Source: Nemertoderma westbladi
Lineage: Eukaryota; Animalia; Xenacoelomorpha
Reading direction: 5' to 3'
DNA length: 64,000 nucleotides
NCBI GenBank assembly: GCA_032718475.1
Contig: JAUCBJ010007671.1
Span: 58,911-122,910 of the forward strand
Positions 51,556-60,827 of the stretch are shown piece by piece. The notes below the pieces were generated by a model. The model made no database searches. It was not told the origin of the DNA and saw nothing but the letters and a program-made list of their open reading frames with translations. Numbering within the stretch: the stretch's first letter is position 1; the number at the start of each line of letters is the position of its first letter. A program made the translations under genes and the position numbers.

Positions 51556-51939
51556 ATGAATAGACTTGTGCACAAATATCGTAACGAACTGGAATTTCTA
51601 CGCAGCGCTACCCCTCAACAAAGAACTTATTTTATTAACCATACCGCCAGTAACGAATTAATACGGCTCATTGTAAATACTGCATTAAATGTTCTAAAAG
51701 GTAATGTACAATTGACCCCTCATTCATTTAGAAATATTCGCCGCTATAAGAAGGTATTGAAATCACTCAACCATAAAACAAAAAATATATCAAGTTACAG
51801 AAAAAAGTTAAGCAATCAATCTGGAGGCATACTACCGCTTCTAATACCCTTACTCGGCATTGGTGCGAAACTCGCCGCGAGTGCCGGTGCCGCGGCCGCG
51901 GGGGCTGCTATTGCGAAAAAAATTAACCGTGGACGGTAG
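51556..51939 (+). CDS. Conserved basic Polinton protein (PW/core-protein-like)
   Basis: NVLKGNVQL...RRYKKVLKSL...QSGGILPLL pattern found next to the ATPase in Polintons. Confidence 0.75.
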   Translation: MNRLVHKYRNELEFLRSATPQQRTYFINHTASNELIRLIVNTALNVLKGNVQLTPHSFRNIRRYKKVLKSLNHKTKNISSYRKKLSNQSGGILPLLIPLLGIGAKLAASAGAAAAGAAIAKKINRGR

Positions 51940-51945
51940 GTAATA

Positions 51946-52116
51946 ATGGTTAAAACGGGAGTAACATTTAGAAAATTATATTTAGTATCGAGTAAACCGT
52001 TAGCTGCTGATTTAAAACCACAAGATATACCTAGAGTAAATACTACAAAAAGAAAACCCTTTAAAACATCAACTTCGAAGAAAATAATTAAAATATTTCA
52101 GTTGTTCTTACGGTGA
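51946..52116 (+). pseudogene. Short remnant of the conserved Polinton gene that follows the PW-like gene
   Basis: 56-aa ORF starting MVKTGVTFRKLYLVS, resembling the RKMxLV N-terminus; much shorter than expected. Confidence 0.4.
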
Positions 52117-52167
52117 TGCCCTTTATAAGAGATTTGAATATACATATTACTTGCGGTTGTCGAAAAG

Positions 52168-53259
52168 ATGCCTCGCAAGATGAAACCGATTTTAAGCCGA
52201 AGCTTAGACAAAAAACTGTTAAGAATTTATTTAGATCCTTCATCCCCCGCGGGATTTGCAAGTGTTGCAAAATTAGCAAAAGCTGCAAACATCAAACTGA
52301 CGCAAGCCCAGAAATGGTTGAGCGGACAAAAGACATACACCCTTCACGCTCCACGTAGACAACATTATCCAACATCTAAAATATTTACGGGAGGCATAAA
52401 AGATATATATATGATAGATCTGGTGGATATGCAGCAATATAAGTCTCAAAATAATAATTATAACTATATATTAACGTGCATTGATGCCTTCAGTCGGCTT
52501 GCTTTTGGCTATGCTATGAAAACAAAAAAGGGTGTTGAAATTATTAGTATATTGCAAAAAATATTCCAGAAAGGAAAACCAAACAGAATCGCCACGGATC
52601 AAGGTTCTGAGTTTCTAAATAAATCTGTAAGGAAATATTTAGATACGTTAGGTATACAGTATTACGTAATGTATTCTGTGAATAAGGCGGCTATTGTCGA
52701 GAGATTTAACAGAACCTTAAAAACAAAGATGTTCAAAATTTTCACGCAAAGGGGAAATAATATTTGGATAAAAATTTTACCTAAGCTTATCTCGGCTTAT
52801 AATAGGTCGTATCATAGAACAATACAAATGACACCTATTGAAGTTAATAAATTTAATGAAACTGAATTAATGAATAGATTATATGGGAAATATAGACAGA
52901 TAAATCACAAGAAAATAAAATTTAAAGTTGGAGATACAGTACGATTATCTATTGCTCGTACTGCTTTTGCTAAAGGCTATCGAGAACAATGGACACGTGA
53001 ATTATTTATTATTCATCGGGTCAGGTTGGATAGAGTACCAGCAGTAATGTTCGATATTAAGGACAGCACCGGAGCTATAATAAAGGGCTCATTTTATTCT
53101 CACGAACTCCAAAAGGTCCACCCGAATAGTAATATTTATCTAGCAATTGACAAAAAAAATATTGGCAAACTTAAAGAACGTGTACGCAATGGGAAGAAAG
53201 AATATTTAGTCCGATTCATCGGATCCAAGAAACAGTCCTGGGTACAGCATATTCAATAA
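52168..53259 (+). CDS. Retroviral-like (rve) DDE integrase with chromodomain-like C-terminus
   Basis: IDLVDM, CIDAFSR, TDQGSEF, VERFNRTLK, YNRSYHRTI, FKVGDTVR, KGYREQW, EYLVRF..SWV. Confidence 0.96.
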   Translation: MPRKMKPILSRSLDKKLLRIYLDPSSPAGFASVAKLAKAANIKLTQAQKWLSGQKTYTLHAPRRQHYPTSKIFTGGIKDIYMIDLVDMQQYKSQNNNYNYILTCIDAFSRLAFGYAMKTKKGVEIISILQKIFQKGKPNRIATDQGSEFLNKSVRKYLDTLGIQYYVMYSVNKAAIVERFNRTLKTKMFKIFTQRGNNIWIKILPKLISAYNRSYHRTIQMTPIEVNKFNETELMNRLYGKYRQINHKKIKFKVGDTVRLSIARTAFAKGYREQWTRELFIIHRVRLDRVPAVMFDIKDSTGAIIKGSFYSHELQKVHPNSNIYLAIDKKNIGKLKERVRNGKKEYLVRFIGSKKQSWVQHIQ

Positions 53260-53508
53260 GCTTAGGTTTATACTGTATATTAATTCATTTTGGTCGCATA
53301 TGACCGTAATTAATCAATAATATTAACTCGAATGATATTACTATATCTATAGTTCATCCGCTTTAAATAAAGCCAGTAAAATATTGATCCCACGCATATA
53401 CTGTAGAAGATGCTGGCAATGAACGTGGTCACAGATGTCTATAATTTAACATTATACTGTATGTACAAAGGAGTCAAGTAGAGAGAGCGAGCTTAAATAA
53501 TAATAATA

Positions 53509-54381
53509 ATGGCCACAGATACATATATCACTCTACTTTCAGATAGCTCATTGAACACTTATCCCAATAATAATCCTAGTGAGTTTACTGTTGATTTAGC
53601 CGAAGAATTATATATTGGTCCAAATGCCAAAATTGGACTTGCCGAACTTCAATACCAAGCAACATACAGTAATATTACGCTGCAAACTCAAATCTCACTG
53701 TCAATCGGGGTAGATGCAAAAGATGCCAAATTATATAGTTTATTTCCTGGTATGCATAACTCTATTCAAGTGATTATTGATGATATAAATAAACTGTTTA
53801 ATTCTGAAGCGAAATATAGAGATTTCGAATTCATTTTTAATACAAATAATTCTAGAATTAAATTTAAATTTCCTAAAAAGTTGAAAAAAATACAATTAAG
53901 TCTACGCGGTGATTTAATACAAATTCTAGGCTTAAAACCGTTATTGGATCGGAATCATCCGGATATTCCGAATTGGGATATATACAGTACCACTACAGTA
54001 GATGAATTAAGCAATATAGAACAGCCGATATTAATTTTAAATTATAGCGGGCCAAAAATTTCGGAAATTGGCATTTTAGATTTTCCAGCTCCCACAAATA
54101 TAATACGTAATAAAGACACTATCTTTATATACACAGATATTATTAAGAGCTCATTTGTTGGCGACGCTTTAGCTCCGCTCTTAAGAACCTGCCCTTTAAC
54201 GCAATTAAATCGAAAATATATTAATCACGAATACGAGAGCATTTGCTATTTCCCATTGTTGAATAAAAAACTAAAAACAATCTTAATTACTTTACGTGAC
54301 GGCCAAGGCCAATTAATTAACTTCAGCGGAGGTCGCACTGTTATAACACTTAAGTTAATACTGGGTGGCAGTGATGGATGA
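53509..54381 (+). CDS. Minor capsid protein (penton), paralogue 1
   Basis: YITLLSDSSLNTYPNN..F, IGLAEL, IFIYTDII..FVGD..APLLR, I.LRD..G.LINF. Confidence 0.88.
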   Translation: MATDTYITLLSDSSLNTYPNNNPSEFTVDLAEELYIGPNAKIGLAELQYQATYSNITLQTQISLSIGVDAKDAKLYSLFPGMHNSIQVIIDDINKLFNSEAKYRDFEFIFNTNNSRIKFKFPKKLKKIQLSLRGDLIQILGLKPLLDRNHPDIPNWDIYSTTTVDELSNIEQPILILNYSGPKISEIGILDFPAPTNIIRNKDTIFIYTDIIKSSFVGDALAPLLRTCPLTQLNRKYINHEYESICYFPLLNKKLKTILITLRDGQGQLINFSGGRTVITLKLILGGSDG

Positions 54382-55169
54382 GTTCTACGTTAGACTACCA
54401 AGTAATTCCTGTCCAATTGATTTTCCCCGCAATAGCGCTAGTAATTATCAGATAAATTTCCACGGCGCCTTACCTATAAATCCAAACGAAAACTGGGTGG
54501 TAGGTATAAAAAGTATATTTTACTTAGCAACGTTGCCGTCCATGTATAGATACACTTCCATCTGGTTTATTCTACAGTATCAATGACATTATAGATTATT
54601 TTAACACAGGAGCATTGAAAGATAAATTACAAATAGTTGAAAATACTCAGCAAAATAGATTGCAATTTATTTTAGGGAAAACTGTGCGAGAGTTATTTAT
54701 AGGCCAACAATTAGCCTATTATTTTGGAATTACTGAAAATAATCTCGGCGCGAATTTAAATCCAAATTTTAAAATTATTTTTAAGACGAAAAATAATATA
54801 AAGGGTTATTTAATAAAGGTTATCGGAAATGGAGAAAAGGCTTACCAGATGGTATTTTTATGCCCTCAACCACCCAACTCTATTCCAGAACCTAAGTCGA
54901 ACATGTACGTGGCTACTAATATAATTGAAAATCAATATATTAACGATTTTGGTTTAGCTTTACTTCATCGTGTTGCGATACCTGATGATGTGAAATATGG
55001 TAGCGTAATAAATAAAGAATTTGTCAAGGATACAATTCATTATATCCCTGTAAAAAAATCATATAAGATAACATACATTCATATTGAAATAACAGACAAA
55101 GAAGGAAAAGATTTGAATTTTGAATACGGCACAACTTCTATTACATTACACTTTAAACGTATAAATTAA
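54374..55169 (+). pseudogene. Minor capsid protein paralogue 2, frameshift near 54540
   Basis: FYVRLPSNS...FPRN, WVVGI, then LPSGLFYSINDII, MYVATNII, LLHRV, YIPV, ITD..G..LNF..G.TSITLHFK. Confidence 0.85.
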
Positions 55170-55170
55170 A

Positions 55171-55731
55171 ATGGATTCTGATTTATTTCAAAGATACAGT
55201 AAACCTCAATATGGGGGTTCAGACTCTAATCTTGCTGTTTTTAAAGGCGGAAGAAGTACCAGAGGCTCGACGCAAGTTCCTGTTTTTCGTGGTGGTTCAT
55301 ATATTGACCCTTACGGTCAACAAATTGGCACATTTGGTCCAAACTTAAAACAACGTCGTTTTCAGCGTTATCGTAGAGGTATGCGGGCAAATCAACACGG
55401 AGAAGGTATATTTACAGACGCCTTATCGACATTGAAAAAATTTGGTAAGCCATTAGCTAAAAAAGTTTTACAGAAAGCTTTACCATTTACCACAAAATTT
55501 ATGAGACAACACGTAATACCAAAAGGTAAGTGGGTCTTACATCAGCAGGCTAATACGGTTATTAATAAAGCATTAAATAAAATGAAACCGTCAACAAGGT
55601 CGGTTGTAGAAAAAGTTTATAGAGATTTAAAGCGACCCGCTAGACCAATGTCTATGAACATACATCATCGACGTAGTAAAAAGAGAAATATAAAAGGCAA
55701 ACTGAAACACTGCGAAAAAAGTATTTTTTAA
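55171..55731 (+). CDS. PZ/cupiennin-like basic protein with amphipathic helix
   Basis: QHGEGIFTDALSTLKKFGKPLAKKVL; several xxGG sites; ends in IF; lies directly before the MCP. Confidence 0.75.
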   Translation: MDSDLFQRYSKPQYGGSDSNLAVFKGGRSTRGSTQVPVFRGGSYIDPYGQQIGTFGPNLKQRRFQRYRRGMRANQHGEGIFTDALSTLKKFGKPLAKKVLQKALPFTTKFMRQHVIPKGKWVLHQQANTVINKALNKMKPSTRSVVEKVYRDLKRPARPMSMNIHHRRSKKRNIKGKLKHCEKSIF

Positions 55732-55733
55732 TA

Positions 55734-56993
55734 ATGTCAATTATTAAGGAATTAGATTTATTTTCTACACAGCCAATACAGACTGAATTTAAAGCAAAGC
55801 ATTATGAAACAATTTACCCCGTATCTAATCTCAGAAGTGAATCTAGGGAGGTTACCTTCCTTGTACCCAGATCCAATGAATTCTATACGAAACTGCAAGA
55901 CGCGTTATTAATTACAAAATGTACAGTACGTTGGGATAGACGACTTGAAAACTCCCATATTTATATGCTGAATTACCCAGCTGAAACTATGTGGAGTGAT
56001 ATTAAAATAGACCTTAATGAGAAGCAGGTTGAAAATAGCAATAACCATTATTTCTACAAGTCGTACTTATCCAATTTATTATTTACAACTTACGAGGATA
56101 AAAATGGGCTACTGGGTGCGGGTGGTTTTCATCAACCTTTATCTGAACACGGAAATGAAATTGATCCCGGCGCGCATCCTATTGCCGATGCCTTTAGTAA
56201 ACAAATGCAATTTGTAAGTGGATTGACGATTGATTTTGATACTGAAACTAAAATAATACAACCTGGGTATGATTTAAGAATGCATTTTAGAAAAGTATCA
56301 AATTCGTTTATTTTTAAAATCACTCCAAACGCAAACGCCGTGACAAATCTTCGACTAGAATTAGATGAAGTAAAAATTCTAATCCCTAGAATGGAGGTTA
56401 ATCCAGTAATAGAAAGCAGTCACCTAAAAGGTTTAGAGAGCTACGATATTGAATATCAATTTCAAAAAAAGGAGGTGACAACATTTACTATTCCCGCTCA
56501 AACCACAAATTACACTCAAACAAACATATTTGATGGTAAAAAACCCAAATTAGTTATTATTGGCTTCATAACAAATAACGCTTATTCGGGAGAATTAATT
56601 AGCAATCCCTTGAAATTTGAACATTTTAACCTTAGACGCGCGGAACTGATTGTAGACGGTCTTCCAGTAGGGGGTGTAATATACGAACCTAATTTTACAG
56701 ATGGAACATATATTTTTGAGTATACTCAATTAATGAAGAACATTAATACATATATTAACAGTTATGGGGGTAATAATATAGACCATGAAACCTACTTAGG
56801 TAATTGTCCCATCCTATCCTGGGACCTAACCGCCGATGGCTACGTTAGAGATCCGCAACCGTCGATATATACTAACGGTCAATTAAAATTAAGATTTGCC
56901 GAACCGTTGGTTGAAACCATAAATGTAATCGTTTTTAATATTTATGATCAATCATTAAGTTTAAATAGCAGGAAAGAAATACATATCGATTAA
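55734..56993 (+). CDS. Major capsid protein (double jelly-roll)
   Basis: ELDLFSTQPIQT, IYPVS, YFYKSYL, PKLVIIGF, YSG....NPLKFEHFNL, LRFAEPL; 419 aa, intact. Confidence 0.93.
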   Translation: MSIIKELDLFSTQPIQTEFKAKHYETIYPVSNLRSESREVTFLVPRSNEFYTKLQDALLITKCTVRWDRRLENSHIYMLNYPAETMWSDIKIDLNEKQVENSNNHYFYKSYLSNLLFTTYEDKNGLLGAGGFHQPLSEHGNEIDPGAHPIADAFSKQMQFVSGLTIDFDTETKIIQPGYDLRMHFRKVSNSFIFKITPNANAVTNLRLELDEVKILIPRMEVNPVIESSHLKGLESYDIEYQFQKKEVTTFTIPAQTTNYTQTNIFDGKKPKLVIIGFITNNAYSGELISNPLKFEHFNLRRAELIVDGLPVGGVIYEPNFTDGTYIFEYTQLMKNINTYINSYGGNNIDHETYLGNCPILSWDLTADGYVRDPQPSIYTNGQLKLRFAEPLVETINVIVFNIYDQSLSLNSRKEIHID

Positions 56994-56995
56994 GT

Positions 56996-57448
56996 ATGTT
57001 ATCTACAGAGGACCTTGATATGTTTCCAGTGGGTGGTCACTATTTGGGCGCGTTTCCAGCTAATAAATTACCTAAATTAGATAATAATAAGCGGCAGGAT
57101 TATGGTTTGATAGTAAATACCGATAAACAGCATCTGCCTGGGATTCATTGGATCGCGATATATATACGAGATAATGAGGCCGAAGTATTTGACTCGTTTG
57201 GACCAAAATATCCAAACAGATGCATCGAAAAATGGCTTGAGAAAAATTCCGCAAGGTGGCGTACTACACGCAAACAATTTCAAGACCCCAGGAGGACCAC
57301 ATGCGGTCTATACTGTCTTTATTATTTGGTTAATCGTATTCACACAATCTATCCAATGAGAGCGTTTACAAATAATGTGGAAATCAATGAAATTATATTA
57401 TATAAATGGCTTGTTAATTATTATAAATTAAACCAACAAACTTTGTAA
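56996..57448 (+). CDS. Adenain-like cysteine protease
   Basis: IVNTD...GIHWIAI, EVFDSFG, FQ.....TCGLYC (His-Asp-Gln-Cys). Confidence 0.95.
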   Translation: MLSTEDLDMFPVGGHYLGAFPANKLPKLDNNKRQDYGLIVNTDKQHLPGIHWIAIYIRDNEAEVFDSFGPKYPNRCIEKWLEKNSARWRTTRKQFQDPRRTTCGLYCLYYLVNRIHTIYPMRAFTNNVEINEIILYKWLVNYYKLNQQTL

Positions 57449-57479
57449 TTAATTATTTAACTTTTGTTTATCAGATAAA

Positions 57480-58066
57480 ATGGATAATATTATTTTTGTT
57501 GATTTTCAATATTATAAGATAGACAATAAAGAGTATCCGGTAGTATTTAAAGAATTTGCAATATACGATTCTAATTACACCAAAACTAATGTAAAGACGT
57601 TTTTAATTAAAGGCCCGTCTAATATTAAGTTATCAGCTTTAGATGCAGCTCACGTAAACAATTTACGGGATATGACTTCTCACTTGCCCTGGAACTACGG
57701 GGACATTTCTCAAGATATATGAAGAGACATTTAAAATATAAAAAAAATATTCATGTATTTGGCTTGCTGAAACGGGCAATATTAGTTTCCCAACTCGATG
57801 TTCTCGAGCCAAATTTGGTGGAGAAATTGGGAATATATAAGCAATATCACGAATATTTAACACCTTGTCGATTTCACGACCGATTCACTACAATGGAAAG
57901 TAAATGTGCGTTCCACTTAAACATAAGGGATAACTGTCTGCGATACTGCTCAGCAAAACGTGTTGGCGGGTATGAGGCTCTACACTTTTTCATGAGAAAG
58001 CGTTTAACTGCGACTGATGATGATGATAAACAGAAAGAAATAACTGCGGTGGAAGATGTACTGTAG
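57480..58066 (+). pseudogene. DnaQ/DEDD-like protein with Cys/His tail, frameshift at ~57720
   Basis: IFVDFQ..VFKEFAI...HLPWNYG, then CRFH...CAFH...CS..RV. Confidence 0.55.
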
Positions 58067-58166
58067 GTTTACTCTAAGCATGTAATGTAATGTGATGGGA
58101 TAATATAATTGTTTTAATGTCAATAAAAATAATAAAAACATTAAAATCTATTTTTTTATATCTCAG

Positions 58167-58169
<3 letters not shown>

Positions 58170-58231
<62 letters not shown>

Positions 58232-58298
58232 ACACACACACACACACACACCCCACACACCCACACACACCCCCACACACACACTCACACACACACAC
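58170..58298. repeat. (CA)n microsatellite between the convergent Polinton gene blocks
   Basis: Read directly from the sequence. Confidence 0.98.
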
Positions 58299-59170
58299 CC
58301 TGCACCTACAGGTAGCCGGTGGTTGTATCAGAGTTTAACTGTAGAACGACAGAATGGCCCCCGACAGCAACCACAGAGCTTTAGCGTTACCGGTACCGTA
58401 CTTACTAATAATAAAATTAAATTAAGTTGAGATGCGGGTTCGTGAATACAGCATTAGAGGAGGCCTACCTTACAATAGGGCTACTGGTACCGGCACGGTA
58501 GCACTCTTGTACCTGTATACTTGGATAGCGCAAGAGCATGCTGGTTTCTTTGATTTAAGGATTAGGCTATTACACTTGAATGCTTCCAATTTCCTGTTTA
58601 CAACTTTAATTGGTCTAATCTACATTACTGCGTGCTACTGTTGCATAGGTAAGCCTATACAGCTATAGTTAACTTTATGCGGGGCCCTTTTTCGCATGTT
58701 GACCCAATATGGTTTACGGATAGGTAAGGTACACCTTCATTCGGTTAGGCATATAGGCCTAATGACTACTCCTCAACTAAAGCTGACTACCTCACAGATA
58801 CAATAGGTGTAGTTAGGAACCGGTAGCGCTATTGGACCTATAAAATCCCCTCGCACTCTCTGTTACTAACTTTCAACATTCACTTTATGTTGTATGCTAT
58901 ACCGTTAACTTTTAGTCAGGAACCCCATCATTCAACCAGTCATATAATGGCTCCACGCGGATACAATAGGTGTGGCCCGCAGTATACCTAACCAAGCCTA
59001 TATAAAATCCACCCCATTCTCTGTTACTAACATTCACTCTATGTTGACGGGGGACTATATAAAACATAGTTAATTTATTTATGTTTAATAAATTTATAAC
59101 AATAACTGATAGGCCTAACAATAACAATAACAACAACCCTAAATTTATTACTGTATTAGGTCTATACTTT

Positions 59171-59557
59171 TTATAGTCCTATATGTGAGTCCTCCTGTAG
59201 AGTTTCCTCCATTACCGGTCTTTGCGTTGGTATATTGAAGTGAAGTGTGTCATCTCTATCATTCTCCCAATTTTCGTTAGAGGCTGAGCTTCCCGATATT
59301 CGCGATGGTTGTATCTTTATAACTAGCGAGAAATCTTTTGAAATTTCAACTGTTGTAGGCGATAAAGGTAGACCATCTACCGGTACTTGACCAACTTCAT
59401 ATTCTATCGAAGTGAATCCAATCTCGAATTTTTTGTATATATATCGTAACTCCATCTCAGCAATATTTGATGCAGTGAGATACGTTTCATCGCATGATTG
59501 TAATTCGATTTTTATACTACTTTTCAACTCACGGTTATTGAAAAAGGCGAATGTCAT
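59171..59557 (-). CDS. Polinton hypothetical protein (128 aa)
   Basis: Intact ATG ORF co-oriented with polB and the TBP-like gene; no motif recognised. Confidence 0.5.
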   Translation of the reverse strand: MTFAFFNNRELKSSIKIELQSCDETYLTASNIAEMELRYIYKKFEIGFTSIEYEVGQVPVDGLPLSPTTVEISKDFSLVIKIQPSRISGSSASNENWENDRDDTLHFNIPTQRPVMEETLQEDSHIGL

Positions 59558-60272
59558 CTTCGAGTTGACAGTTGAGGTAAGTTGTCGTTGTCGTCGTCGT
59601 CGTCGTAACTAGGTACCGGTACTAGAAAGAGTATCTTTAAATTGAATAGGTACCGTAAGCCTACTGATATTTTTTTTTCTTTTGTTTAACAAAATTATAG
59701 TTCACTGTCAGAAAAATTGAGTTTATATATATTTTTGTAGAGGGTCACAGATGTGTACATTACAAAATTCTCATAGTTAACAAAATGCATAACATAAACC
59801 TTTCCCATGCGGATTAGCGATATATGCTCTGATCGTTGTTCTATTCTGAATGTAGGGAGATGCATAGCGGATGTTTTAATGATATGTACCGGTATACAGA
59901 CTAGTAACAGATAGGATGGCATCGTCTTTGACTATGAATATCAGCACATACCCCTAATCTTTTCTCACCGAGCTTAGCGTTGCCTGCTGTATACTCGCAC
60001 ACTCATAAGTAACAGATGCGCTATTGTGGCTCACTCGTGAGCAACAATGCCAAGTTAGCTAGCCGCGGCTGCTGAGTATACTATGCCTACTTGAGTGTTA
60101 CAAGAAACAATCGCACTACTGAAGTTAATTTCCCTCCTCAAACTAGTTGTTGATTTAAAAAAAAAATATTCATAAATTTCTTCTCCCTTCAATTTAATAT
60201 ATATATTTTACAGTAAAAATCTCCACCACCACCAAACAGCAACAACAACAATAAATTTCACTCGTACCTGTA

Positions 60273-60827
60273 CTAATTATATTTTACATCAAAAACCCCC
60301 ACACCAAACAATAATAAATTATTAACCAGCTTGTTGAAAATAGGATAATATATATGAAATTTAAACGGGGAACACATTAATGTACATTTACCAGAGTAGA
60401 AACAGCAAACAACAACAATATTATTTATTCTGACTTTACAGTTATTGAATATTTCAGGGTCGTATGAAATTTCTAGTTTAACATTATCAAATATAACATA
60501 AAACCCGATATTATTTATAAGTAACCTATAAATTACAGTATCGATACTAAAAATATAAGTACACAAATTGATTGATTTAAAAATCAAATTAATGTTTGTT
60601 TTTTCTAATATATGTTTTTTCACTTTATTAAAATTATATTTTCTACCGAGAATTGTTATTCGTCCATTTGTAAACATTAATATAGTTGCACAAAATACCT
60701 TATATATAAACTGATTAGGTTTGAGTACAATTTTACCATTCAATTGCTTTTTTAATTCTTTCAAATTAAGTCCATAAATAATCTGCTTACAACTTATATT
60801 TTTATTTACTATTTGATAATTCATCAT
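60273..60827 (-). CDS. TATA-box-binding-protein-like (TBP fold) protein encoded by the Polinton
   Basis: Two pseudo-repeats: YQIVN...LNLKEL...ATILMFTNGRITILG and SINL...ISYDPEIF...VVCCFYSGKCTLM. Compare TBP LQNIV...LDLK...TALIFSSGKMVCTG and IQNM...SYEPELF...LLIFVSGKVVLTG. Start may be 60854, 60827 or 60824. Confidence 0.82.
   Translation of the reverse strand: MMNYQIVNKNISCKQIIYGLNLKELKKQLNGKIVLKPNQFIYKVFCATILMFTNGRITILGRKYNFNKVKKHILEKTNINLIFKSINLCTYIFSIDTVIYRLLINNIGFYVIFDNVKLEISYDPEIFNNCKVRINNIVVVCCFYSGKCTLMCSPFKFHIYYPIFNKLVNNLLLFGVGVFDVKYN

Noticed and set aside
49540-57482. TAATAATG/TAAATG before Polinton genes as a poxvirus-like late promoter
   Set aside because: It cannot be told apart from an AT-rich start context or from the stop codons of abutting genes.
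58074-58338. His/Thr- and Cys/Val-repeat ORFs
   Set aside because: They are translations of the (CA)n microsatellite.
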